A DNA stretch of 64,000 nucleotides from Macrostomum hystrix (GCA_950097015.1 CATNEN010000039.1:1302001-1366000), one strand, 5' to 3'; positions 15,001 to 27,240 are shown, numbered from the stretch's first letter. Notes: a model not told the origin generated them from the letters alone. Program-made: numbers and translations.

Positions 15001-18000
15001 TCTCGTCGAAGAACCGGGTCAGGTCCTGGCTGGCCGTCTCGAAGGCGACTCGGCAGAGCTTCAGGTAGTGCTGGTAACGCTCGCTGCGGGCCGCGGGGAG
15101 GATTTCGTTTGGGATGGGGATTTCTTTGGGGATGAGGATTTCTTTGGGGATGAGGATTTCTTTGGGGATGTGGATTTCTTTGGGGATGTGGATTTCTTTG
15201 GGGATGAGGATTTCTTTGGGGATGTGGATTTCTTTGGGGATGTGGATTTCTTTGGGGATGAGGATTTCTTTGGGGATGTGGATTTCTTTGGGGATGTGGA
15301 TTTCTTTGGGGATGAGGATTTCTTTGGGGATGTGGATTTCTTTGGGGATGTGGATTTCTTTGGGGATGAGGATTTCTTTGGGGATGTGGATTTCTTTGGG
15401 GATGTGGATTTCTTTGGGGATGAGGATTTCTTTGGGGATGAGGATTTCTTTGGGGATGTGGATTTCTTTGGGGATGTGGATTTCTTTGGGGATGAGGATT
15501 TCTTTGGGGATGTGGATTTCTTTGGGGATGAGGATTTCTTTGGGGATGTGGATTTCTTTGGGGATGTGGATTTCTTTGGGGATGAGGATTTCTTTGGGGA
15601 TGTGGATTTCTTTGGGGATGTGGATTTCTTTGGGGATGAGGATTTCTTTGGGGATGAGGATTTCTTTGGGGATGAGGATTTCTTTGGGGATGAGGATTTC
15701 TTTGGGGATGAGGATTTCTTTGGGGATGAGGATTTCTTTGGGGATGTGATTTCTTTGGGGATGTGGATTTCTTTGGGGATGAGGATTTCTTTGGGGATGA
15801 GGATTTCTTTGGGGATGTGGATTTCTTTGGGGATGTGGATTTCTTTGGGGATGAGGATTTCTTTGGGGATGTGGATTTCTTTGGGGATGTGGATTTCTTT
15901 GGGGATGTGGATTTCTTTGGGGATGAGGATTTCTTTGGGGATGAGGATTTCTTTGGGGATGTGGATTTCTTTGGGGATGTGGATTTCTTTGGGGATGTGG
16001 ATTTCTTTGGGGATGAGGATTTCTTTGGGGATGTGGATTTCTTTGGGGATGGGATTTCTTTGGGGATGAGGATTTCTTTGGGGATGAGGATTTCTTTGGG
16101 GATGTGGATTTCTTTGGGGATGGGATTTCTTTGGGGATGTGGATTTCTTTGGGGATGTGGATTTCTTTGGGGATGTGGATTTCTTTGGGGATGTGGATTT
16201 CTTTGGGGATGAGGATTTCTTTGGGGATGTGGATTTCTTTGGGGATGGGATTTCTTTGGGGATGAGGATTTCTTTGGGGATGAGGATTTCTTTGGGGATG
16301 TGGATTTCTTTGGGGATGGGATTTCTTTGGGGATGAGGATTTCTTTGGGGATGTGGATTTCTTTGGGGATGTGGATTTCTTTGGGGATGAGGATTTCTTT
16401 GGGGATGTGGATTTCTTTGGGGATGGGATTTCTTTGGGGATGAGGATTTCTTTGGGGATGTGGATTTCTTTGGGGATGGGATTTCTTTGGGGATGTGGAT
16501 TTCTTTGGGGATGTGGATTTCTTTGGGGATGTGGATTTCTTTGGGGATGTGGATTTCTTTGGAGATGAGGATTTCTTTGGGGATGTGGATTTCTTTGGGG
16601 ATGTGGATTTCTTTGGGGATGTGGATTTCTTTGGAGATGAGGATTTCTTTGGGGATGAGGATTTCTTTGGGGATGAGGATTTCTTTGGGGATGGGATTTC
16701 TTTGGGGATGAGGATTTCTTTGGAGATGAGGATTTCTTTGGGGATGTGGATTTCTTTGGGATGAGGATTTCTTTGGGGATGAGGATTTCTTTGGGGATGA
16801 GGATTTCTTTGGGGATGGGATTTCTTTGGGGATGAGGATTTCTTTGGAGATGAGGATTTCTTTGGAGATGAGGATTTCTTTGGGGATGTGGATTTCTTTG
16901 GGATGAGGATTTCTTTGGGGATGAGGATTTCTTTGGGGATGAGGATTTCTTTGGAGATGAGGATTTCTTTGGAGATGAGGATTTCTTTGGGGATGAGGAT
17001 TTCTTTGGGGATGGGATTTCTTTGGGGATGAGGATTTCTTTGGGGATGGGATTTCTTTGGGGATGGGATTAATGTCGGGATGATGATAGAATCGGAAAAT
17101 TGCTAGCAGGTGGGACTGAGGATGGGAAGAACCCTTGTGTGAGCCTCTACTCATCCAGATCCCAATTTTCTTGGGTCTTACGGAACAATAACAGGAGGTT
17201 TAAATTATTCCATTGCTCTAACCAGTGCCCACTCACAGTCCATCCAGTTGCAGCCATATATGTCCGTATTCAATGGGCTGTGCTGTGCCCACAATGGCCC
17301 TGCCTAGCACTGTCAGATCGCGTGGCTGCTCCGGCTGCGGCTGCTGGATGACTTCCGTTGATCTCTGCTGACGCTGCTCCTCAGACAGGCCTGTTGGTCA
17401 GAACGATTAAGCATCATCGTCAAGGTCAGCTCACAAAACTAACAAATGATTTAGCAAAAGTGCTGAGCCTTCTTACTGAAATCACTTTCTAAGATAATGC
17501 AAACTTTTATCCGCCACAGCCCTTCTAAGTTCTTGGGTCTGGAGTGTGAGCGATTAAAAGGGAAAGAACTTAGTGAATTAAATGTACATTTAGAATGTAC
17601 GAGCGTACGCTCATAAAATAGATTGTACACACACCTTATTTAAAAGGAGTCATAGAAAAATAAGGGAGTGGTGTTTTCAGCGCATTTATTCTAGGGTAAT
17701 TTACACAGCTACATGTGGTATCCTCCTAGCGAGCTATATACGCTCGTATAGCTATCAATTATTTAGGATGTAGAATTTACAGAACGATAAGCCCATGCTT
17801 CATGAAGTGAGTGAAACTAAAATTCATCCGAACTCACCCGAGTCCAGTCTCCTTGGCGGCTCCAGCTTCGGCACCTCCTGAATACGAGCGTCTACCGTTG
17901 TTGACGGCGTCAGCGGCGCCTGTGATGGCGGCGGCGGCGGTAGGCGCAGGTGATCCGCCGTGATGCAGCCATCCATCGGGAAAGCGTGCAGCCGCAGCAG

Positions 18001-20833
18001 CTGGGGCGTCTCGACCACGGTGGTGAGGATAAACTGGCAGAAGTCCTCTATGCTTGGGTTGCTGCAGAGCTGGTCATCGCAGACGCTCAGGTCGGCCTGG
18101 AGGTCAAAATTCGGCGCAGGAGCCCAGCCGGGTGTTTTTTAGTCTTTGCTTTCCTTGAATTCCCGACCCTCAATATTCTTCAAGCACTCACCTTGAACGT
18201 GGCCATCACGTGACCTGGATCCGCACTGCCAGCAGCCGCCGCAGCCTCGGCCGCATGGGCCAGCAGAACTTGGTCAACAAATCCGGCCACGTTCTCGACG
18301 ATAAGGCGCAGGAAGGCGGAGCCGACGAGCAGGTCCAGATAGCGGATGAAGCTGCCCAGCTGTCCCAGCTGCCGACGAGCGGTGGCCAGGTCCCGGGCCT
18401 GCTCCTCCGCGCGGATGCGCTGGTTGTACAGCGACTCCTTCGAACTGGTGGCAACAGGTTCGGAGGTAAAGGCTTTGAGTGCAGGATTGCAACTAAAACA
18501 ATGGACAATGCAGAATGCGAACAATGCCACTCACATCAGCTGCTTCTGGTGCGCCTGCTTCTGGTAGAACTCCATCCGTTTAAACAGCACCGACGAGGTT
18601 TCAACAATGATCTGCTTGAGAAATTTGTAGAATTTTTCCAGCACCCGATCGGCCTGCAATTTGCGCTTGTCCACCGAGTCCTGCAGCTGGCGCAGCGTCA
18701 GGCAGCTCCTGCGGGGATTGCCGAGGTTTTATAAAATCTACCACCAAGGCCAGGAACTTAGCCACATGGATAAGATTGCTCTGGTATTGGTTGGACTCAG
18801 ACTGCTTTAGTGGCTTCATAATGAGGCGGTTGTGCTCAAGACCGCCAGTTGTCTCACCCGACTGCGGCACCGGATTTGCTGCCAGGCAGGACGCTGAGCT
18901 CGGCCATCTGCTGCAGCAGGCTCGCTACCTGCAGCATGGACCGCCCATAGGCCGGCACACTGGCTAGCAGGCTGTCGCCGAGACCTCGAAGTCGAAGCTC
19001 GAATCGCCGTCGCAGGGTCCAGCTGCGCCAGGCTCGGAAGACGCGCATTCGGCGGAACAGGCGGCAGAATGGAATCTGGCGCATGGCGGCGTGCAGCACG
19101 GCCTGACGGTGCCATTCGGCCAGCGACATGGCTTCGCTGGCGTCGCCCGGACAAACGCGGAGAACGCCAAACGGGCAGAACACAAAGTGCAGGCTTGCGT
19201 TGGCGCGCCGCTTCGGCACCAGCTCCAGGTGGTAGGCATCGGGCACCGGTGCGTCGTCTGGCAGCGCCGGATTGTAGTAGGCCACTGTCGGCTTGCCCAG
19301 GTGGTAGCAGCGCACAAAGTGGGCGACAGCGTCACGAGCGTAGCGTGGCGGGCGATGGCCCGGGGCCGGCCGCTTTGATGTCGACGCTGTCGATGTTGAA
19401 GCGACTTCCGTGTCGTCGACAATGTCCGGATCGACTCCATCGTCGGCTTCGGCGATGACCTCCTGGATTTTCTCCAGCAGCTTGCCGCCAATGGGCTGTT
19501 AATGCAGAGGTTGCAATTTTCCAGTGAATGCAATCGATTAGAAAATGCGGAGCTGATTATTTTATGACCTGCTGGAGATTGCTTGACAGCAATCTTTTTA
19601 CTTCTTTTAATATAAAGACTTCGCTTGCGATGACTGACCCGAACTACGATTCTGAGAAACGTAAAGCAGCTCTTGAAACTGGAGCTCAGTGAGGACTCTG
19701 AACTCACCTCAAAAATTGTGAAATCAGCAGCGGCGGCTCGCCATGTCGAGCCTGACGGCTTGGCCAGAGTCGACTCACCTGCAACGTGAGTCGGGATGGG
19801 GTGGGTGCAAGCCAGACTGTTAGGTGAAAATTTCTAGTTAATCACTTTATCTTCAGGTCACGAATTCAGGCCAACAGCTGCACACAACAGGAGGCAGGCA
19901 ACTCACGCAGGCTGGTCTCGGCGATCACATCTGCAATGGAGGCCTGCAGGCGACGCACGGTGAGCCGCTCGGGCACCGGCGCGTAGGTGGATTCGTCCAG
20001 CTGTGGCGGCAGGAACAGCGGCTTGTCAGGATCCTCGGGCGGAGCCGCTCGTCGCATCTGACGCCGCCGAGGTGATGCCTTATTGGCGACTTCCGGCGGC
20101 TGAGGCGGAGTCGGCATCAGCGCCAGTTTCACGCCCGGCGTCGCCGCGGACATTCGGGCCATCTCAGCTGGGAACACCAGCTGCAGCGTCTCGCGCATCG
20201 CCGATGCGACGGACACGTCTGGCTGATGATCAAGGAGGCTGCGGATTCTGGCCAGGTAGTGCTGCACCTGAAGCGGGTGATTTTTGATAGGTTATCACGG
20301 CTGCTGTTCATCAGCAACAACCAAGGATATTCAGCGACTACAAAACACAGTATACATGGTTCCCTTTCCTAGACCTCGATGGCAATAAGAAATAAAGAAC
20401 AGCTGACGATCATGATGAATAAGTTTGAGGAAGATGCCTCCAAGATAGTCTCACCTCGGGTCTGCCATGCAGAGCGTGTCGTAGGTCGTGAATCTGCAGT
20501 AGCGTGTCCCGCAGTGATTGCCACGACTCCGCACTGCAACAGGTTTTTAGCGCATGCAGAGCTAAAGAAAGAAAAACGTTAAAATAAACAAAATAAAAGT
20601 ATTCGTCACAAATTCACTTGTTATTGTCTATGGCCTGAACAAATCCCTCTTGGACCCGCTTCAGCAAGTCCTTATCCAATTCAGCGTCCTCTGCTGAACC
20701 CAAGGACCTAGGCGTGTCCAGTAGCCTGTTAAAGAACAATGTGATTTTTTCAATTATTTTTCAGACAAAAATCTTGATTTACACTTCATTCAGATAAAAA
20801 ATTGTACCTGGGCTTTAGGTCCGATTGGGCCAT
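1..20833 (-). CDS. DNHD1: Divergent dynein heavy chain, DNHD1-like; multi-exon, 3' part continues beyond the left edge of the window
   Basis: ATG at 20833 (MAQSDLKP) splices in phase to ~20726-20618, 20533-20456 and 20267 onward. DHC_N2 linker-type exons at 12642-12262 and 12151-10808 (LKERHW, RWQFLEKFF, LPRLHFFGDEEVMELL). AAA1 at ~10671-10261 (RLVITAVTERA, GEATAGKSETV). AAA2 at 8810-8016 (GAAGAGKST) and 7930-7393 (WLVFDG, LKLNDG, GMLARCGVIY). AAA3 at 7300-6129 (GASGCGKT, LVFLDDLH). Exon 5424-5337 has LFFHEICRTFEDRL. AAA4 at ~1371-961 (HLARLTRCL, PGVGRSAL). Dynein family is certain; the DNHD1 label rests on degenerate motifs and acidic or low-complexity inserts. Confidence 0.8.
330..589 (-). 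mobile_element. tRNA-derived SINE, intronic
   Basis: Minus strand shows an A box (TAGCCTGGAGG) and a B box (GGTTCGATTCC). These are followed by GTGTCCTTCAGCAGGACACTTAAATCTGCATTGCTTCAGTTAACCCAGCTG, which resembles the Nin/Deu-type SINE core. The body is shared with the copy at 24365-24580. Confidence 0.75.
1484..2318. repeat. Intronic minisatellite, 17-bp unit CCACCTGACTCAATCAG
   Basis: Direct tandem repeat of about 49 units with a few variant types. Confidence 0.95.
3394..4665. repeat. Intronic minisatellite, ~22-bp unit CAGGATTCCCCACCCAATACTT with variants
   Basis: Direct tandem repeat; explains the spurious ORFs at 3313-4606. Confidence 0.95.
8841..9622. repeat. Intronic minisatellite, 18-bp unit TAGACTAGCAATCCATTC
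   Basis: Near-perfect tandem array filling almost the whole dynein intron at ~8811-9651. Confidence 0.97.
12651..13075. repeat. Intronic G-rich degenerate tandem repeat (GGGTGTGAGGGTGGGGTTGAG-type, ~24 bp)
   Basis: Visible tandem units fill the intron at 12643-13119. Confidence 0.85.
13838..14410. repeat. Intronic composite tandem repeat built on CACCCCAATATTTC sub-units
   Basis: A higher-order block is repeated about three times, with internal ~30-bp sub-repeats. Confidence 0.9.
15100..17070. repeat. Intronic minisatellite, 18-bp unit GGATTTCTTTGGGGATG(T/A)
   Basis: About 110 units with two main variants; source of the SPKK and DFFGD pseudo-ORFs. Confidence 0.97.
17598..17748. mobile_element. 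Possible small Tc1/mariner-type MITE
   Basis: TACGAGCGTA...TACGCTCGTA inverted ends bounded by TA; the TIR is short. Confidence 0.3.
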
Positions 20834-22015
20834 GCTGTGACCACTTCTGTTTGAAGACTGTTACAGCAGCTTTTTTCAGTTCGCTGAAAAAATTGTAGTG
20901 CAAAAAATTCTGTTGTTTATGGTACTTATGTTGTTGTTTAGTCTAGTATAGCACTTAACTTTTATTTAAAATAGGTAAAAATTGTGGTAAAACATTTCAT
21001 AAGAATATTTATAATAATATATATTGTTGCTTCCCCAAAAACTACTCAGCACAGGTTTCTACCGAAAAAACAACATCATCAAATATTCAGGCTGATATAG
21101 TGTGAATAAGTAATTTACGAAATCATTTAATTATTCGATATTAGCATCAACTTTTAGGAGGTTTGCGAAGTAAATTGATTAAAGTTTCAGGTGTTTTTAA
21201 CACAATTCGAAATAATGCAAAATATTTTTAAATAGTTTAAATCCTTTTAAATTCTGTTAAAAAATATGTTATAACAGAGCCATAAATATTTCAACAATTT
21301 TCTTTCCCTACTAAACAAATAAATTATACACCTTAAACGATAACACCATTGAATTATTTGCTAGATTTAAATTATTGGATGATAAATAATTTATCGTCTA
21401 ATATGTGTAATTCAAAAAAATAACACAAAAATACATCGAATTAAAAGTTTTTATTAAATCAACTGGACGACTTCTAAAAGAATGACAACAATAGAAAACG
21501 TTTAAAGTAAATAATTATAGAGAATGTAATCGGATTCAGACCAGGAATGAAAATTATAACTGAAAACTAAAGAATCTGTTTAATATATGCTTCTAGTCAT
21601 ATTATGTGGTTCGTTAAGTTCGCCATATTTTAATTACTATGTTACTATTTAATATGAAGAGAATCAAGCAAGTTAAACGGTGCGTCAAAAAAATTACATA
21701 GAAGCAAAGGCTAAAACAAATGTTTCTTGTTTTATTATTATTATTTCTAGCTCAATATACACACTGAAATAATCGTGTACAAAATAACTTTTTTAATGAA
21801 TTGCTACTGAAGATCTTTCTGTAATCAAGACTGTCCTGGCGTCGGCAAATTATTTTGTATTTAAATAATTTCAGAGCCGCCATTTCTGAAGCCATTGCTA
21901 AACCACCTAACCGATATCAGTACACACTTAAAAATCTGTTTGATCTGCTACCTAATACTTTATTACAATTCAGCAGCTTATAGCTTAGATATATTTTTTG
22001 GTTTAGTAACTTGCA
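20834..22015. promoter_or_regulatory. AT-rich divergent (bidirectional) promoter region between DNHD1-like and SSNA1
   Basis: Head-to-head ATGs at 20833 (-) and 22016 (+); the spacer is AT-rich and free of tandem arrays. Confidence 0.6.
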
Positions 22016-23391
22016 ATGACACAACAAGGAGCAGCACTTCAAGGTTACAACAATGAGCTAGTGAAATGTAAGTACTTACTTAGCCAGTTAGCCTAATACA
22101 TAGCTAACTTAGGTTCTCTTATAAATCATCACTTCGTTAAAATAAGTATTATAGATTAGACTTTTTTATTGTAAAGTTTCTCGGATAAAAATTCATTTTA
22201 TCTAAGATGATAGATGATAAATCTAAGATCGAAAAAAACCGTTTATCAGAAACCAATTCCTCGCTATTGCTACTACAAAATTTTTTTTCTTTGACTGAGT
22301 CAGATATTAGATAGTGCTAGTAATGGACATTATTGTAGTAAGTAGTTCTTCAAACGAGTTATTATTGCTAAAGTTGAATATAAAACACACGACTATGCAG
22401 CATTATACTTTTCAACTTGTGTTTTTCACTGTGCCTTATTGCGCATGTAAATACACAGGCAATTACTTGAACTAGCTCATCTCTATTGAGATGGGTGCCT
22501 TAGATTGAAATTATATTTGATGATGTAATTGTAGCTATTGTGTGTTTTTGTATAAAACATGGTATGAGTTATAAAAACTAAATATCAAATGTTTATATTA
22601 AAGGAAATCAATACTGCTACATTAAGCTATTGCAGGCGACATTTCTTCAATATTTGTTTATTTGATGTATTATGACTGTGCTCTAGTCTTGTGCAAGCAT
22701 ATAAATAGTAAATAACTTTAATGCCTTATGCTAGTTAGTTTTTAATTGACTAATTAACCCAGCTTTTAGTAGCTAAACTTTGAATATTGATACACAAAAT
22801 ATATTTTCTATTCCCTCAAGACCACTTTATTTTGCTGTTTAAAAATGGATAAACGAATTGATTTATTATTTTTATTTCAGTAAGAAATTTCAATGCACTT
22901 GCACTTAAGGCCAGTCAAATTTACAGTTTTTTAAGTTATTTAAATGAGAATAATAATGTGATGGTAGATGGCAGATAGTAAAGGACACTGGACATATGTG
23001 ATGCATAGCTAACAAACATGGTAGAGAGGTGAGAAGTAGACTCCACAGGGTGTACACCGACCTCTTACCCGCACCCTCAGGCATCGAGGAGCTGTGCTCT
23101 CGCCGCGACCTGCTTCAGAAGGAGATCGACAAGGAGGAGGCCGAGAAGAACAAGCTGCAGCGCGACCTGAAGCTGCTCACAGATGAGCTGGCTAAAGTGA
23201 ATGAGAGCTTGAGCAAGAAGCTGGCTCACCGGGCCCAGTACGACCGGACCATCGCCGAGACTGAGGCGGCCTACAGCAAGATTCTGGAGAGCTCGCAGAC
23301 ACTGCTCACTCTGGTGAAGCGGGAGGGCCAGGCGCTGGGCCCGGCGGCCTCCGTCGGAGCTGCGGGCAACAGCCGGGCGAATCGCGACTGA
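22016..23391 (+). CDS. SSNA1: SSNA1 / NA14 / DIP13 microtubule-binding coiled-coil protein (2 exons: 22016-22067, 23081-23391)
   Basis: Spliced protein [26 protein letters not shown]...[23 protein letters not shown] closely matches the known SSNA1 sequence; phase-1 GT-AG intron. Confidence 0.95.
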
Positions 23392-23497
23392 CTTCCTCTT
23401 TCTGAACTGATCTGATTCTTCCCCTTACCACACTTTTTTTATTTAAGTAGTTCTTGACACGGCGCTACACATGTGCTACTCTGCCGGTCCTTCATGG

Positions 23498-23982
23498 TGT
23501 TATATCCCTTCAGTCCCTCAGGGTGTGGACTGTTATATCCCTTCAGTCCCTCAGGGTGTGGACTGTTATATCCCTTCAGTCCCTCAGGTTGTGGACTGTT
23601 ATATCCCTTCAGTCCCTCAGGGTGTGGACTGTTATGTCCCTTCAGTCCCTCAGGGTGTGGACTGTTATATCCCTTCAGTCCCTCAGGGTGTGGACTGTTA
23701 TATCCCTTCAGTCCCTCAGGGTGTGGACTGTTATATCCCTTCAGTCCCTCAGGGTGTGGACTGTTATGTCCCTTCAGTCCCTCAGGGTGTGGACTGTTAT
23801 ATCCCTTCAGTCCCTCAGGGTGTGGACTGTTATATCCCTTCAGTCCCTCAGGGTGTGGACTGTTATGTCCCTTCAGTCCCTCAGGGTGTGGACTGTTATG
23901 TCCCTTCAGTCCCTCAGGATGTGGACTGTTATATCCCTTCAGTCCCTCAGGGTGTGGACTGTTATCCCTTCAGTCCCTCAGG
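23498..23982. repeat. Minisatellite, 33-bp unit TGTTATATCCCTTCAGTCCCTCAGGGTGTGGAC, downstream of SSNA1
   Basis: About 14-15 tandem units. Confidence 0.95.
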
Positions 23983-24364
23983 GCGTTAGCGGCGGCAATT
24001 ATCGGACTGAAACGCTTTTTGCGACCTAGAAAATTTAATGTAATTACTACTCGTAAGAAATAATCTTAAACTCTCAAATGAATTTTGGTCAACTTCATTC
24101 TAATGGTAAATATGCAGACATTATTTTTAAACACATCGAAAAAGTCTCTTGTGCAGCTTGTGCATCCGAATTGGAACAATTTAACTGCTACTATTTGTAC
24201 TTTTCAACTCTAAGCAAAATTTACATTCCCTTAGATTGATGATTTCTTAGGAAAATAAACTGACCGTCCTTGAAGCCGACATGCTGAATCAATCCAGTAC
24301 TAAATAAATATATATGTGAATTGCTTGCTTAATTTGTAGTCGCTTTTCATGTTTTTTTAATCGT

Positions 24365-24580
24365 AATGCCCAGTGGTTAAAGATTTCGACTTCTCGCCTA
24401 GAGGTTACGGCGTTGGACTCAGGGCGTAGGTCCGGGTTTCGATTCCCGACATCCACTTAACTCAGCATTGCTTCGGTTCACACAGTTCAGTTTAGTCCGG
24501 GTGTGGCGTCCCCCAGTCCATGGACTGAACAGCCGTACGCAGCCTTTAGAAGCGCCACGCAATAGCCCAATTGGGGCAGG
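24365..24580 (+). mobile_element. Degenerate tRNA-derived SINE, same family as 330-589
   Basis: B-box-like GTTTCGATTCC. Blocks shared with the first copy: GCATTGCTTC, GGCGTCC..CAGTCCRTGGACTGAAC and CAGCCTT.AGA..CGCC.CGCAATAGC. Confidence 0.65.
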
Positions 24581-24660
24581 TTTACTCAATTATCATTATC
24601 CCTGATTTCATTGGTCAGTTTCCTAATCCCGTTACAGCGCCCGGTCGCCAGGCCCGGACC

Positions 24661-25284
24661 ATGCAGTCCCTGCCCAACAGGCTCGATCGCGCTGCCAGGC
24701 GACCGGCGGCGAAGACGCGACCCGCGCAGCCGTCTCCCTCGCCCACAGTTCCAAGCCTTGGGAAGCCGCGAACAATGGACGGCTATCTGGGCGACAGGCT
24801 CATACCGACGTCGCCGCCTGCGCGATCGTCGCCATCGCCCGTCGTGGAGTCGTTGAGACGCCGGCCCAGCCTGGCTCAGGCTGATGCGGCTGAGCGGCCA
24901 TTGTCGGCGCAAAGGTACAAAGTCCTGCCCAGTATTTCGCCAAAGCATCTGCGAATTGACAAACAACAACAAGAGCAACAGAGCGATGAGCAACAGCACG
25001 CTGGTAGGAAACAACAGCATAGTGACGAGTCGCGGGAATTTTTATCCCTGGCGATTCGCACGCCGGACGGCGCTCGGCATCAGCGCCGCTACCCACCAGA
25101 CACGCCGCTCGGAGCCATCTGCGCCGACATGCGCGACCGTCTCGATGACGACTGCGCCGGATTGGAGATCGTATCGCCAGCGGATCGAGTCACCTACGGC
25201 GAAGCGGACATGGGACGAAGCCTCCGTCAGCTGGGCATCTGCGATCGGTCTCTGCTGGTGCTTCAGAAGACTCACTTTGAGTAG
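24661..25284 (+). CDS. UBXN10: UBX domain protein, UBXN10-like (single coding exon)
   Basis: RYKVLPSI motif recalls the UBXN10 KYxVLPSI motif. C-terminal ubiquitin-like UBX fold (LSLAIRTPDGARHQRRYPPDTPL...SLRQLGICDRSLLVL). The ATG follows a branch point and acceptor (CTAAT...TTACAG). Confidence 0.75.
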   Translation: MQSLPNRLDRAARRPAAKTRPAQPSPSPTVPSLGKPRTMDGYLGDRLIPTSPPARSSPSPVVESLRRRPSLAQADAAERPLSAQRYKVLPSISPKHLRIDKQQQEQQSDEQQHAGRKQQHSDESREFLSLAIRTPDGARHQRRYPPDTPLGAICADMRDRLDDDCAGLEIVSPADRVTYGEADMGRSLRQLGICDRSLLVLQKTHFE

Positions 25285-25803
25285 CTGGGCCACTCACTAT
25301 GAGTAGCTGGGCCACTCACTATGACTAGCTGGGCCACTCACTATGAGTAGCTGGGCCACTCACTATGACTAGCTGGGCCACTCACTATGAGTAGCTGGGC
25401 CACTCACTATGAGTAGCTAGGACACTCACTATGACTAGCTAGGACACTCACTATGAGTAGCTGGGCCACTCACTATGAGTAGCTAGGACACTCACTATGA
25501 CTAGCTAGGACACTCACTATGAGTAGCTGGGCCACTCACTATGACTAGCTAGGACACTCACTATGACTAGCTAGGACACTCACTATGAGTAGCTGGGCCA
25601 CTCACTATGACTAGCTGGGCCACTCACTATGAGTAGCTGGGCCACTCACTATGAGTAGCTAGGACACTCACTATGACTAGCTAGGACACTCACTATGACT
25701 AGCTAGGACACTCACTATGAGTAGCTGGGCCACTCACTATGAGTAGCTGGGCCACTCACTATGACTAGCTAGGACACTCACTATGAGTAGCTGGGCCACT
25801 CAC
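25270..25803. repeat. Minisatellite, 22-bp unit ACTCACTATGAGTAGCTGGGCC, overlapping the UBXN10 stop codon
   Basis: About 24 units; the first unit is the last codons plus TAG of the CDS. Confidence 0.95.
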
Positions 25804-26212
25804 AGCTGAGTACAAGCACAAGCAGCTGCATGTTTCAGTGACTTACTATAAGTAGTGGCCCATAATGTTTCCTTAATTCTGGTTTAATACTGTACCCCAC
25901 AAGCATCAGTCCAGACTGTAAACAACGCCTTCATGTTTTTGTGCAAATGAATGTAAAATAGACAGGATTTAATTATTTTTATTGTTCCAAGCTGAAGACT
26001 GCGTATGCTTTCTGGCATCAGCATCAGTGCATTCCTTTCGATTATGTGATCTTCACTTTATATAGAGCCTTGTACTTTATGCTTAAACTGTCTGAACAAA
26101 AATGGTGTTTAAAATATGTGTTTATTTTGCTTTTAAAATATACTTTTCTGAATTGCTTGGAATTCTGATTGTCATTGGTTTAAGATTGGTCTGAATACAC
26201 TTTAGGAGAGAA

Positions 26213-26815
26213 TTGAGTTCACATCAGTTGGGATTTTGAGTTCATGTCAGTTGGAATTTGAGTTCATTACAGTTGGGATTTGAGTTCATTACAGTTGGGA
26301 TTTGAGTTCATTTCAGTTGGGACTTGAGTTCATGTCAGTTGGGATTTGAGTTAATGTCAGTTGGGATTTGAGTTCATTACAGTTGGGATTTGAGTTCATT
26401 TCAGTTGGGACTTGAGTTCATGTCAGTTGGGATTTGAGTTAATGTCAGTTGGGATTTGAGTTCATTACAGTTGGGATCTGAGTTCATTACAGTTGGGATT
26501 TGAGTTCATTTCAGTTGGGATTTGAGATTATTTCAGTTGGGATTTGAGTTCATGTCAGTTGGGATTTGAGTTCATATCAGTTGGGATTTGAGTTCATGTC
26601 AGTTGGGATTTGAGTTCGCTTCAGTTGGGATTTGAGTTCGCTTCAGTTGGGATTTGAGTTCATTACAGTTGGGATTTGAGTTCATTACAGTTGGGATTTG
26701 AGTTCGCTTCAGTTGGGACTTGAGTTCATGTCAGTTGGGATTTGAGTTCATGTCAGTTGGGATTTGAGTTCATTACAGTTGAGATTTGAGTTCATTTCAG
26801 TTGGCATCTGAGTTA
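26213..26815. repeat. Minisatellite, 22-bp unit GAGTTCATTACAGTTGGGATTT
   Basis: About 27 tandem units, intergenic or in a UTR. Confidence 0.95.
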
Positions 26816-27240
26816 TTAGTTAAGCAAGAGCTGCAATGAAATATTCTGCAGCCGAATTGCGACCTCATCTGTCCGGTGTCCTCACAGGTAGGTTTCCTGG
26901 AAGGTTGCGAGGGGATAATTCTCTGAAAATGCTGCCCAATAGTTCGGCAAGGTGCGCTGGTAAATTGCAGTGATTGCTGGGCTACTTAGCTGAATGCCTG
27001 CTTCAGGGCGTTCATTTCAGAAATTTCATAGAAAATTTCTTTCCAGTAAAGTAATCCCAGGTGCGTTAGCCTCTTGGAGCAATTTAGATTTCGCTTCCTA
27101 CGCGTTGGCTTCGCTCCGAAATGAATGCAGCGCCAAATCACCGTTGAATCTGCAGCAGCTGCGGTCAAAGGCACTCGGCAAGGACAATCCCGGATCCTAT
27201 CCCCGCTGTGCACCGGCTCCTTCAGGGGAACTTCGGAACC

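Noticed and set aside
15061-17154. 697-aa ORF with SPKK repeats resembling histone H1 or protamine-like proteins
   Set aside because: It is a translation of an 18-bp intronic minisatellite. The frame drifts through indel units and the array lies between in-phase dynein exons.
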